A stretch of DNA of 64,000 bases from Neocallimastix sp. 'constans' (taxonomy: Eukaryota): NCBI GenBank assembly GCA_050613775.1, contig JBODTK010000016.1:1-64000 (forward strand), given 5' to 3'. Position numbers and translations under genes: made by a program. Positions 13,464 through 27,138 of this stretch are shown here, piece by piece. The notes under the pieces were generated by a model. The model worked only from the letters and a program-made list of their open reading frames with translations. It was not told where the DNA came from and searched no databases. The stretch's first letter is position 1, and each line of letters begins with the position of its first letter.

Positions 13464-13810
13464 ACATCTTTAACAGGTGGTGATTTATAGAGTTCAGTTT
13501 GCCAATCTCCATAAAGAGGTACCATTTCATCCCCTAGATTAAAATCTTTATCTAAGACGGCATTTTGCTTTGAAAATTCAATCATTCTTTTTTTCTTAAT
13601 CGTATATACTCTTGATTTTATATATTTAGCAGCTTTAGCGCCTTCTTTAATACTGAGTCCTTGTCGAATCCAATACTCCTTCGTATTGACTGGTCGAACA
13701 TTACTTCTAGGATAGATAGCTTCATTTCTAATATATCCCAAGACAGGTTCTTTAGAATAGAGTACTTCATATTTCTTTATATGTCTTTCTAAAACATATC
13801 TTTGAATTGA

Positions 13811-13852
<42 letters not shown>

Positions 13853-13951
13853 TTAATAAAAATAGTATATAAGAATTATGTTAATATAAAAATTCTATAT
13901 TTAAATAGATATTATTATTATCATTATTATCAAATGTTCTTATTGAAAAAA

Positions 13952-13998
<47 letters not shown>

Positions 13999-14562
13999 GT
14001 TTTGGTTCTTTGTTTAAATTAAAATTATTACATACAATGGATGATTAAGAAATCCACTAATTGATGTTGGAAGGGGTTCTTTCTCTTCTGTTTCATCTGG
14101 AACCTCTTCATCAGAATCATCAATAACATTGGTGGTAAAATATCTCTTAATAACATTAACTTCCCACCATTTAGCATCATTCTTTAAACGAAGTTTTCTC
14201 GTAAATGTTAGGAAATCTTTGGCATATCTTTTTGTTCTTTCCTTTATAAATCCATCTATATGTTGATAATAATATATATAAATATAAATATAAATATAAA
14301 TATAAATATAAATATAAATATAAATATAAATATATATATAATATATATATAAATAGATAAATAACTATATATATATTAATATATTTTTAATATTATAAAA
14401 TAATCAACAACCTTCATCAATAGTGATAATATAGGAAATTTCATTAAATTCACTAGTAATTAATTGTTTGGGTATCGAATAAACGGAATGTGAATTTAAT
14501 GGATTAACTGGTATCCATCGTTTTGCTTTCTTACAATAAATTTCAGTCCATAATTCAATTGC

Positions 14563-14607
<45 letters not shown>

Positions 14608-14677
14608 AAATAATAAATAAAATAATAAATAAATAAATAAACAAACAAACAAACAAACAAACAAACAAACAAACAAA

Positions 14678-14717
<40 letters not shown>

Positions 14718-16325
14718 AAAATTAATATTTGATTCAAAATTAATAATAATATTTAAAATAATAGTATCTCTTTATATATAATATATTCACATTTATATAC
14801 ATACATATTATATATTATATATATTTATGTATCATTACCTTCATTATTATGATTTTTTTTCTTTGCAAAAGATAAAGGAATTGGATGGAGTGAGGCTACA
14901 AAATTACATCGATAGCCTGCTATACGTGCTAAGGTTACAAAAAGAATAACATATAGATTTCTTGTATTTTCGTATTTCTCTATAAGTACTGGTTTTCTAA
15001 ATAATATTTCTAAATCCTTAAATTTTCTGATCATAAATTTCTTTATTTATATATATAAATATATAAATGAAAATTTTAATAATAATTTGTATTCGAATAA
15101 TAAAAATAAAATAAGTTTTTTTTTTTTTTTTGATTTCAAATATATATTGATATATATTGATATAAATATAAATATTTACCTCTTTATCTTTTTTATTATT
15201 TACGGTTTCAACTTTTTCATTTTTTTCATTTGCTTCATCAGTTTCTTCTTCATCAGTTTCTTCTTCATCTTCTTTTTTCTTTGTAAGTTTTTTGTTATGG
15301 TTGGTTTTCTTCTTCGTTTCTTTCCAATCATCAATATCATCATCAACATCATCATCAACAACATCATAATCATCATCACTAGTTTTTCTACTTTTATTAT
15401 TCTTTTTTGACTTTTTATGTTTCGTTTCTTTCCATTCATCATCGTCGTAATCATCATCTTCACTAGTTTCTCTACTTTTATTCTTCCTTTTTAATTTTTT
15501 ATTATTTATTTTCTCTTCATCTTCTTTCTCATCATTACTTTTCTTTCTTAATCGCGTACCTCTACTTCTTGATTTTGATTGAATAGAACTTCTACTAGTG
15601 GAATTACTTACAATACTGATTCCACTTTCTTCAACATCTTTCCTATCCAATCCTGTAAAACTTCGAAACCATTTACAAAATTGATTTAATGAAGAAGTGA
15701 AATCATCTAATTTAAATTTGAAATTGTTATTTACAATTTTTAAAATATCTATAGGTATGACTGACAAACCGATACACTATCATTTAAAATAATAATTATA
15801 ATAATAATTAAAAATAAAACAAAGCAATATATATATATATATATATATTTATAATTAAATATAAATAGTAATTTAATTTAGAAAATAATTTTTTTTGTAT
15901 TAGTTGTAAATATTTATTACTATATATTATTTATATTTATAAAATATAATAAAAATTTCATTTACTTTAATTTCATAGGTATTGATCCAATTATTCCAAA
16001 TTTTACATGAACTAAGAAGACATAATAAATTAACTTTATGGGTTAGTTCTCTTACAATTCTATCATATTTATTAATACCTTTACCTTTTTTCTTTTTTCT
16101 TTTTATTTAAAAAAAAATAAAAATAAAAATAAAAATAAAAAAAAATTATTTAAAAATACAGTTTCATAACATAAATTATATATATATATATATATATATA
16201 ATACTTACACTTCATTCTTATCAAATGTAATGGTTATTGATTGATTACTTAACAATAAATTATCACTACTACTTAATTTATGTTTTTTATCTACTATACA
16301 AAAAATTAATAATAAATAAATATAA

Positions 16326-16376
<51 letters not shown>

Positions 16377-16879
16377 ATTTACATATATAAATACAAATAT
16401 ATTTATTTTTAATATAAAAATATTCATTATTATTTATTATTATTATTATATATATTGAAATAAAATTTATAATTTTTATAATTACTTTCTTTATCGGTTT
16501 CAGCATTCGATGTAGATACTTCGACCTTTTCCCATTCTTCTTCATCTTCTTCATCTTCACTATCTTCACTTAAAAAATTGTCTTCAACTGCTAATGACTT
16601 TAATATTTTAAATTTATTGATTACTTTTGGGGATTCACTATTTACACTGCTTTCTTTGGAGTTATTTTTAATGATTTTTACATTATTTGAATTTTTATCA
16701 TTTTTATCATTTTCACCATTTATAGTTACTTTATCAGTTTTTTGCTTTTTGTTAGATTTTCTTTTTTCACTTGAGGTATTCACTATCGATTTCTTCCTTT
16801 TTTTTCCATTACTTTCTTTTTTAGGAATAAAAAATTCATCCAAATCATCATTTTCATTATTATTTTTAGATAAATATTT

Positions 16880-16911
<32 letters not shown>

Positions 16912-18759
16912 TATCATTACTATTCAAAATTTCTTGTTTAACTTTTTGCTTTTTATTTGTTTTTCTTTCCTTATTTAATGTATTATTTATGGTTAACTTT
17001 TTCTTTTTCTTTTTTGATTTGTTTTTTTCCTTTTCAGGAATAAATTCATCCGAGTCACTTTCATTTTCAATATTCAATACCTCCTCTTCATCTTTTTCAT
17101 TTTCATTTTCAGATAAATCTTCATAATTATTATTATCATCACTATCACTGTTCAAATTTTCTTGTTCAACTTTTGGTTTTTTATTTGATTTTCTTTTCTT
17201 ATTTGATGTATTATTTGTGGTTGATTTGTTCTTTTTCTTTTTTGATTTTGTTTTTTCCTTTTCAGGAATAAATTTATCCGAGTCATTTTCATTTTCAATA
17301 TTTAATATTTCCTCTTCATCACTTTCATTTTTATTTTCAGATAAATATTCATCATTATCATCATTACTATTATCATTTTCATCACTATTTAAAATTTCTT
17401 GTTTAACTTTTTGCTTTTTATTTGATTTTCTTTTCTTATTTGATGTATTATTTGTGGTTGACTTGTTCTTTTTCTTTTTTGATTTGGTTTTTTCCTTTTC
17501 AGGAATAAATTCATCCGAGTCATTTTCATTTTCAATATTTGATATTTCCTCTTCATCACTTTCATTATTACTTTCAGATAAATATTCATCATCATCATCA
17601 TCATCATTATTATTATTATTATCATCACTATTTAATATTTCTTGTTTAACTTTTTGCTTTTTATTTGATTTTCTTTTTTTATTTGATCTATTATTTGTTG
17701 TTGATTTGTTCTTTTTCTTTTTGATTCTTTTTTTATCAGGAAGATATTCATCTGAATCTGAATCGCTTTTATTTTCAATATCTGATACTTCCTCAGTATC
17801 TGTTTCGTTCTCTGATAATTCATCATAATGATTATTCTTTAGTGAAATTTCTTTCTCAATTTTTTGTTTTTTATTTGATTTTCCTTTTTCATTAATTGAA
17901 TTTGTATTAGATTTTCTTTTTTTATTCTTACTATCATTATCAATTATAAATTCATCTGAATCTGTATCACTAGATATTTCAATTTCAGATAAATCCTCAA
18001 AATCAAATAAATCAATTTCTTTTTCATATGAATTATTATCATTACTCTTATTTTTATTTTTTGTTTTCTCATTATCATCTTCATTAATAAATGTTTTGTC
18101 CTCAGTTTCGTCATCCGTTATATTAATATTAATTTCTTCTTCATCATTTTCTTTCTCTTCTTTTCTTTTATCTTTTTCTGGTCTTGTAGATTTGTTTTGA
18201 TTATTCTTTTTTGTCGTATTTATTTTATCAATTGTAGTTTTAATTTTATCCTTTTCCATATTACTGTTTTTTTTCTTATTTATTATAGTACTATCATCAG
18301 TTTCAAAGTCAGTACTGAATGATTCTTTAGGAATACTTTGGGATAAAGATTTGGTTTTGTCTATTTTATTAATTTCGTTTACAGAATCTGACATTAAATT
18401 AATTTCTTTATCAATAGAATTATTTTTGGAATTAGATTTTGAATTCTTTGACTTCGTAATTGCTTCATTTTCGTTAATTAAAAAAGAAAATTCTTCATTT
18501 TCATTATCTAAACTCTCAATATCTATTTCTTCATCTTCTTTCCTTTCTTTTTTCTTTTCTTTATTATTTATACTACTTTTTTGTTCATTTATTTTCTTTT
18601 CTTCTAGTTTTTCAGTATTTTGTTTGTTCAATTCTTTTGTTCTTTTTTTTGTGTCTTCTACTTCATTAATTTCTTCCGGCTTTAAAAATTCTTCATTGAA
18701 TTGTTGTTTTAAATTTGAGGAATTTGATTTCGAATGCGAAAATGGTAATTTTCTTACCA

Positions 18760-18760
<1 letters not shown>
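12171..18760 (-). CDS. RAD4: Rad4/XPC nucleotide-excision-repair damage sensor, about 11 exons, with a very long charged N-terminal extension
   Basis: Approximate exons 18760-16486, 16293-16209, ~16100-15966, 15778-15179, 15017-~14830, 14561-14411, 14255-14036, 13799-13466, 13173-13092, 12832-12690, 12317-12171. Motifs: RELTHKVNLLCLL, LFVTLARIAGYRCNFVASL, WTEIY...WIPVNP, PLPTSISGFLNHPLYVLERH, IYPRSNV, LYGDWQTE, VPKSQFGNID, IDFANAVIGFDF...PIIDGIVV, NWRRLVKGL (transglutaminase-like domain plus BHD1-3). Confidence 0.93.
12370..12515. repeat. (TTTTA)n microsatellite in the last RAD4 intron
   Basis: Directly visible. Confidence 0.9.
16720..17960 (-). repeat. Coding tandem repeat of ~65 aa (~200 bp), 5-6 copies, in RAD4 exon 1
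   Basis: Unit SDEFIPEKEKTKSKKKKNKSTTNNTSNKKRKSNKKQKVKQEILNSD(N/D)n-EYLSE...EEEI.NIENE recurs in the 776-aa ORF. Confidence 0.9.
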
Positions 18761-18812
<52 letters not shown>

Positions 18813-19040
18813 AGTAATCTAAAATTTTAATTAACTTTCTTTTCTTTGTATATTACTATATTACTGATTTTAATTAATATTCAACCATTTAAATATATGA
18901 ATAACTCATATTTATTGTTATTATTTTTTTTCTTTTGTTTTTATATAATTATTAAAAATGTTCTCCTTGTAGAAATTGAGATTTGCATTACTATATTATA
19001 TTAATTGAACAATATATTAATTAATAATGTTATTTATTAA

Positions 19041-19097
<57 letters not shown>

Positions 19098-19453
19098 TAA
19101 AAAAATAAAAAAAGGTAATAATAATTAAAAAATTATTTTCAAAATTCATAAATTTTAAAATTTGATTTTATATGCTTTTATATTTTTCTTTTTTAAATTA
19201 ATTTAAAATTAAAAATATTATTAATTAATATTTAATAAATTTTTTTTTTTAAAAAAAAATAAATAAGAATCATAAAATATATTTCTTTAATCATTTTTAT
19301 TAATAATTAAAAATTATTCCTCTAATAAAAAATTGGAAGAAAATCCATCCATGTTATTATTGAATTAATTAAATTATATATTATTAAAAATATTTAAAAT
19401 GGAATTTAAATAATTTATATTGTTTGGTGATATGTTAACTAATATATTTGAAT

Positions 19454-19492
<39 letters not shown>

Positions 19493-19939
19493 TTTTATCT
19501 TGGAAATATACTATTTAATTTTTGAATTTTTAGAAAGTATTTGAGTTAAAAATTTATTAATACTTAAGGAATAGCAAATGTTATATAATTTTATATTAAA
19601 ATAAATGAAGTAAAAAAATAAAAAATAAAAAAAATAAAAAAAATAAAAAAAAAAAAGGAAAATGAAAATAAAAATAAATATAAAAATAAAAACAATATCA
19701 TTTAATTATTATTTTTCATGTTTTAATTATATAAAAAGGAAGACTAAAATAAAAAATATATATTTTATTTATTTATTTTTTTCTTTTTTTTTTTTTTTTT
19801 TTTTTTTATATATAATTTAATTATTATTTTATATTATTCATTTATAATTATATTTAAGATAATATATAATATCTTTATTTTATTTTATTATATTTTTTTT
19901 ATTTTATTTTATTTTATTTTTTAAAATGGAACTTAAAAG

Positions 19940-19983
<44 letters not shown>

Positions 19984-20547
19984 AAGAAATAGATAATAAA
20001 AATATATGTCAAAAATAAAAAAAAAAATTTTTTTATTTCACTTTATTACTTTATCTTAAAAATCATTATAAAGAGTAATTATTATTTTTTTATTATTATT
20101 ATAAATATGAAATATAAAATAACATTTTAATTATTAAATTATTTTTATTATATTTTATAGTAATTTTTTTATTACTATTAATAAAAATAATTAAATATAA
20201 GCATTTTATATTTAATATTTTTTTTTTTTTTGATATATTTTTTATTGTTTTAATTTATATTAATATTAATAATACTATTTTTTTTTTATATATTTAAATG
20301 TATTTTCATATTTATATTTATATTAAATTTTATTTATGTATTAGATTTTCTGATATTTTTGCTTTTTATTTTTATTTTTTTTATTATTAATATTATTTTT
20401 TATATGATTCTAAATTAAATAAATTTAAATTTTTTATTAATGTGCCTTTTAAGGAAAAAAAATAAAAATATTGGTTATTATTATTATTTAATAATTATTA
20501 TAACATATTCAATTTTTATTTACTGAGATATATTTCTATTATTATTG

Positions 20548-20584
<37 letters not shown>

Positions 20585-20630
20585 CGTTTTGTTTTGTTTT
20601 GTTTTGTTTTCTTGCTTATTCATATTAATT

Positions 20631-20912
20631 TTACTTTGCTGAAGGTGGGTTTGATGTTGATGGTGAGTTAAGAAGACCTCCTAAACCATTAAATCTTGGT
20701 GTTTTTGGTTTAGGTGTTCCTAAGGGACCGGAAGGTGAAGGGGTTGCTGATGCATCTGTAGCGGATGTATTTGATACTGTACTACCACGTCTTAAAAAAT
20801 TATTATTGGTATCTCCTTCATTAGCTTCTTTCATTAAGAATGAAATCCACATATCACCAAATGACATCTTTAATTTTTTATAAAATAAAATAAAATAAAA
20901 ATAATAATAATA

Positions 20913-20976
<64 letters not shown>

Positions 20977-21110
20977 TAATAATAATGATAATAATAATGA
21001 TAATAATAATAATAATAATGATAATAATAATAATAATGATAATAATAATGATAATAATAATGATAATAATAATATTAATATTAATATTAATATTAATAAT
21101 AATAATAATG

Positions 21111-21143
<33 letters not shown>

Positions 21144-21970
21144 TATATACATTAAAATAAAATACTTACATCACTGTTGGTATTATCTTGTTCTGGTTGT
21201 TGATTACCACCTGAGAATATACCAAGGAATTTTCCAGGTTTTTTGATAAGACCAGCCTAAATAATTATTTATTTAAATCAACCATTATTTTTATTGATGA
21301 ATAAAAATAATTAATAATATATATATGTTTCCTTTTTTTTTTTTTTTTCTGTGATGAGAATTAATTATATATATATATATATATATTAAATAATTACCTT
21401 ATATTTTTCTTCATCAGTCCAATGAAGAATATTTGATATTAATTGTAGCATTTCATATCTTTTTCTATCACCTCTTGGGGCATTAAGATAGCTTACAAAA
21501 AGATTTGTAATAAGACGCCTATTATTTAATTGTTTATTTTTATTATTTTATTAGCATTTTATTATTTTTGGTATTAATATTTATTAGTATAAATTATTAA
21601 TTTAAAAAAAAAAAAAAAAATTATATAAATTAAAATAAATTTTAATTTTATTGCATTTTTATTAAATATATACCTATCAACATTAGCTTCACTTTTATCA
21701 CTTAATGATTTGATATGCCTCATAGCTTCAGCTAAATGAGTTTGATATTGTACAACTATTTTTAAAAGTATTAATATTTAATGTATTCAATTTGATTAAT
21801 CTTAATATATAATTATAAATACTTTTATTAATAATTTAAAATAGATATATACCATTTCTTCTTAATTTTCCAACCAATTCATTCTTTTCTTGAAGTTCTT
21901 TCTGCATTTGAGAAACATCTAATCCATTAGTATTACCAAATTTACCCTTTTTTTTTTTATAAATTTAAAA

Positions 21971-22048
<78 letters not shown>

Positions 22049-22846
22049 TTTATTTAGATTATATAAATAATATTATTAATTTACCTCAACATCTTTCATC
22101 TTTCTACGATATTCTTCTAATTCAGTCATTGTACTATCTAATTTAGTTTTCATAGTTTCTAATGCGTTTTGAATATCAGCTTCTTTTGCTATTTTATTTA
22201 ATTATTATTAATATTATTTATACCATAAATATTATTTTAAAAAGAAAAGAAAAGAAAAAAAAAAAAAGTATGTATTAATATATATTCATTTCAAAAATAT
22301 AAAATAACAACAATTTTTTTTTTTTTTTTTTTGTTTTAATTTATATTTACATGCTTGGAATTGTTCTAAAACAAGTTGTAAATTATTTGCAGACATAGCT
22401 TGTTTTTGGGCTTCAAGTTTATTATTTTCAGATTCTTCTCTTAATGCTTCAGCTTCTTGTTGTAAATCATTTAATTTTTCTAAAACTCTTTTATTATCTT
22501 CACGTTCATGGTTTGTAATATCTTTCCATTCTTCTAATTTACTTTCTAATTGTTGAATTTGTAATTTATATTCATTAATTTTATTTTCTTGATTAAGTGA
22601 ATCTTGAGTTTGTTCTTCTTGTGATTCTAAAACAAATTCTTTCAATTTCGTTAATTCACGGTTTAATTTATCATTTTGCTCATCTTTAAGTTCAATTTCA
22701 TCCTTTAATTTTGATAATTTTTCAACTTGTGATGTTAAAGATTCATTTTCTTCATTTAAACTTGTCACCATTTCACGTAATTTAATTAATTCACCCTTTA
22801 TTATTATTATTATTATTATTAATATTAATATTATTATTATTATTAT

Positions 22847-22886
<40 letters not shown>

Positions 22887-25800
22887 GTTTGTTTATTAAT
22901 TATTAAAAATAAATTAAAATTAAAAATTTTATATTAAATTAAATTATTAATAAATATAATAAATATAAATATATCTTAATAATAATATGAAATATTAATG
23001 GTATTTACTTGTTCAGCTTGTAGTTTTGGTTGAAGTGCATTTTTCATATAAGATAATTTTTCTAAAAGAGTTGAGTAATCTTTTGAAAGCTTTTCTTTTT
23101 GTTCAGTTACAGATTTTAATTCTAATTTAATATATATAATTATATATTATTATTATTATTATTTAAAATTATTATTGATTATTATTTAATAATTATTTAA
23201 TTTTTTTTTTTTAAATAAGAAGGAATACATTAAAAAAAAAAAAATAAATAAACAGATAAACAAACAAACAAACAAACAAAATAATAAATAAATAAAAATA
23301 AATTTTAAATAAATTTAAAACTTTGGACAAACCTTCATTTAATTTATTTAACTTTTCATTTGTTGAATTAATTTCAGATTTATTATTTGCTAAGAGAGTT
23401 TGTAATGAAGATATAATTTCCTTTAAAGTAGGTGGTATACTTTTATCTTCAATTACAATTTCTTTATTTTCATCTGGATTTGAAATAATATCGGAAATAG
23501 TTTCATATATAATTGCACATAAAGTTTTTATCTTAGCCGTTTGTTCCATTTGATTATTCTCATTTAATAATTTTATTTCATTTTGAGATTTTTTAATAAT
23601 TTCATCTGTTTTATAATAATTATTATTTTTGTCATTACAAAAAAAAAAATAATAATAATAATAATAAAAAAAGAAAAAATATTAAAAATAAAACTTTAAT
23701 GATTTCAAATTTATACTATTCATTTAATTATTATTATTATTATTATTATTATTATTTAATTAATTATATCAAATTAATTTTTTGAAAATAAAAATATTAC
23801 CTTTGCTTTTTATTTCATCTTCATATGATTGAAGCTTATTTCTTAAATCTGTAAGATTAGAATTCATTTTATTAGAATTTAAATTCAATTCATTAAATTT
23901 TTCTGTTGCTTTTTTTAATTCTTCTTCTAATATATTATTTTTATTGATATGATTATTAATTTCTGTATCTTTACTATTGATTTTAGTATTTAAATCACCC
24001 ATTGAAACTTCATAAGATTGCTTTATTTTGTTTATCTTTTCTTCATTTTCTTTATTGAATTTTTCTAAAGAAATAGTTTGTTCTTTCTTAACATTTTCAA
24101 TATTTTCAAGAAGAGTTTGATTTTTTGATTCTAATTCTTTAGATTTTTTTTGTTCATTGGCTAATTCTAATTTTAATGATTCAATTTCGGATGATAAATT
24201 TTCTAACTGTTTAGTGGCTTCAGCGGCTTGAGCTTCAACAATATTATTAGCTTCCCTATTATTCTTTTCTTGTTCATTTAAATGAGAAAGTTTTTCTTTT
24301 AATAATTGATTTTCTTCTAACGATTTATTATTTGAATCTTGTAAATTTTTAAGAGTTTCTTTTAAATTATTAATTTCATTTTGATATTCAGCATTTTGAG
24401 CATTTTGATTATTAATATCAATTTGAGAATTAGACAATTGTTTTTCAGTAGCAAAGATTTTTTGCTTTAAATTATTAATTTCTTCATTTAATTGGGCTTG
24501 TATTTCATTTTTTTCTTTTATTTGCTGTTGCAAGTCATTATTCTTTTTAGTTAATTCATTAAGTGATAGATTAAAATTCTTATTTGCTTCATCTAATAAT
24601 TTATTTGCTTCAATTTGTTCGGTTAATTTATTAGTTTCTTCATTAATTTTTATTTTTAAAGCATTAATTTCTTCTATACTATTTGATACTGAATCGTTAT
24701 TAGTTTGTTTTAAAATTTGATTATTCTGCTTCTGCTCTTCTAAGCTTTTCTTTAATTGTTGATTTTCTTGCTTTCCATTTTCAATTGTTTTCTTTAAATT
24801 TTGATTTTCTTGTTTACCTTTTTCTATAATCTTTTTTAAATTTTGATTTTCTTGCTTTCCTTCTTCTATAACCTTTTTCAAGTTTAAGTTTTCTTGTCTA
24901 CCTTCTTCAATAGTTTTATTTAAACTTTGTATTCTTTGTTGACCATCCATAATAGACTTTTTCAAATTTTGATTTTCATGTTTTTCTTCTTCAATATTTT
25001 TTTTTAAAGATATATTTTGTTGTTGTTCATCTTTAATATTTGATTGAAGACTTTGTTGGAATTCTTTGTATTCTTTAATTTGTTGGTTTAATTCATCAAT
25101 TTTTCCATTTAAAATGTTTATTTCTTCATTATTTTTATTGGAATCTTGTAATTGCTTTTGTTGTTCTTGAATACTTTGTTGTAAATTCTGTTGAAATGAT
25201 TTATATTCCTCAATTTGTTGTTGTAATTCTTCTATCTTAATTTTTAAATTATTTTTATCTTTTTCTTTCTCTTCTAATTGAGTATTTAATATAGAAATTT
25301 GTTCATTTGAAGAATGCAAATTTTTTTCAACTTCCTGAAATTTGTTTTCAAAATGTGATTTTTCTTGAATTAATTTATCATTTTCTTTTTTTTGCATTTC
25401 AACATTGTTTTTTATATATTTTTGTAGCCTTTCTTTATTTTCAACATTTTCTTGCTTTAATTTATCAATTTCAGCTTTGTTTTGTTCATCTTTTTCTGTT
25501 AATTGTCGATTTTCAATAGTCATATTTTTCAATAAAGTACCAGCTTCATTTAATTTTGTCTTGAAAAAGTTTAACTGATTTACAAGATTAGAATTATCAC
25601 CATTATTTTGTTCTAATATTTTTAATCTTTCATTCTTCTCATTTAATTCTTTTTCAATTTCAGCAATCTTTCAATTATTATTTTTATTGATTTATAAATA
25701 ATAAAAATATTATTATTATATATATATTAATTACATTATATTATATAAATAAATAATAAATATAAACAGTAACGTATATAATACTTTTTTATTTAATTCC

Positions 25801-26131
25801 TCATTTTGTTGCAAGATTTCTTGTGGATTTAGATCTCCTATAATTTGTTTTATTTTTTTTGTTATATTTAATAAACATTTTTATTTTTATTATTATTATT
25901 ATTTTTTTTAATTATAATTTATTTATTTATTTATTTATTTATTTTATTATTTTAAAATTTCATATATTATCATGTTAACTTCTTCTTTTTTTTTTTTTTT
26001 AAACATTTATACATTGCTATTAAAAAACAATAAATTTTATTATTAAACTAATATTTACCAGTGATATTTTCTTGCGAACGTGAAATTTGCTTTTTAAAAG
26101 CTTCACCTATATTATTTGATAGCCATGACAT
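20631..26131 (-). CDS. Golgin of the Rud3/GMAP-210 type: long coiled coil with C-terminal GRAB domain; multi-exon
   Basis: Start MSWLSNNIGEAFKKQ at 26131. Coiled-coil exons include 23769-25532, 23211-23549 and 22286-22771. GRAB motif NVDRRLITNLFVSYLNAPRGDRKRYEMLQLISNILHWTDEEKYKAGL is split over exons at ~21240-21690. The last exon carries SFGDMWISFLMKEA. Confidence 0.85.
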
Positions 26132-26488
26132 TGTTTATATTTTCTAATCGTTTATTATAAATTTATGAAATTTCGGTAGTAATTTTATAAATTCAATTTT
26201 TCTAGTAATATTTATATATTAATATATATTTTATCATAATTAATATTATTTGAATTTTACAAAAGTTTAAATTATATTTATAATTGAATTTTTTAAAAAA
26301 TATCTACTTTGTAATTATTCAGAATTATTATAAAAAATATGTAAATAAAGAAATTGTAACAAATAATTAAAATATCATTTTTAAAATTAAAAGTATATTT
26401 ATTTTTTATTATTACTATTATTATTTTTAAAATAATACTACTTTTAATATATTATTCCTTATTTTATCTTTAAAGTAAAAAATATATA

Positions 26489-26523
<35 letters not shown>

Positions 26524-27031
26524 ATGATTTGTATTAATAACTAAATTTCAAAATTTAATTCTTAAATTTTAATATAAATTTTTAATTCGAAAAATTAATA
26601 ATAATAAAATAATATGATAGAGAAAAAAAATAATACAATTATACAAATATGATTAATAACAAAAAATTTTGATAGATTTTGAAAAACTATAATTTAATTT
26701 ATTACTAAATCAAATTAATTTATTAATAAATTATATAAAAAAATTTAATTGATTATTTTTATATTAACAATAAAATTTATACAAAACCATTATAATATAT
26801 AAATTAAAATATGTTTTTATTTAATAGATTTTTAATTGAAAAATTCAAAGTTATTTTTTTTTTTTTACTATATTTTTATTTTTCTAATTTATAAAAGTAT
26901 TAAAGAGACTACTAATTTTATTTTAAAAAAGTATTCTTTATAAATAATGTTTCTAATATATATGAACTTTATTTATTTAAATAAGATATGATGATAATGA
27001 AAGTAAAGAAAAAAAATTAAAAATTAAAAAA

Positions 27032-27065
<34 letters not shown>

Positions 27066-27138
27066 AAAATCGATATGTAACAATAGTTAAAAATATTATT
27101 ATTATTATTATTACTATTACTATTTTTTATTTATTTAT

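Noticed and set aside
15087..18812. Ser/Phe/Leu-rich plus-strand ORFs and alternative-frame Met/Lys ORFs over RAD4
   Set aside because: Antisense or frame-shadow products of Lys/Glu/Asp-rich coding sequence.
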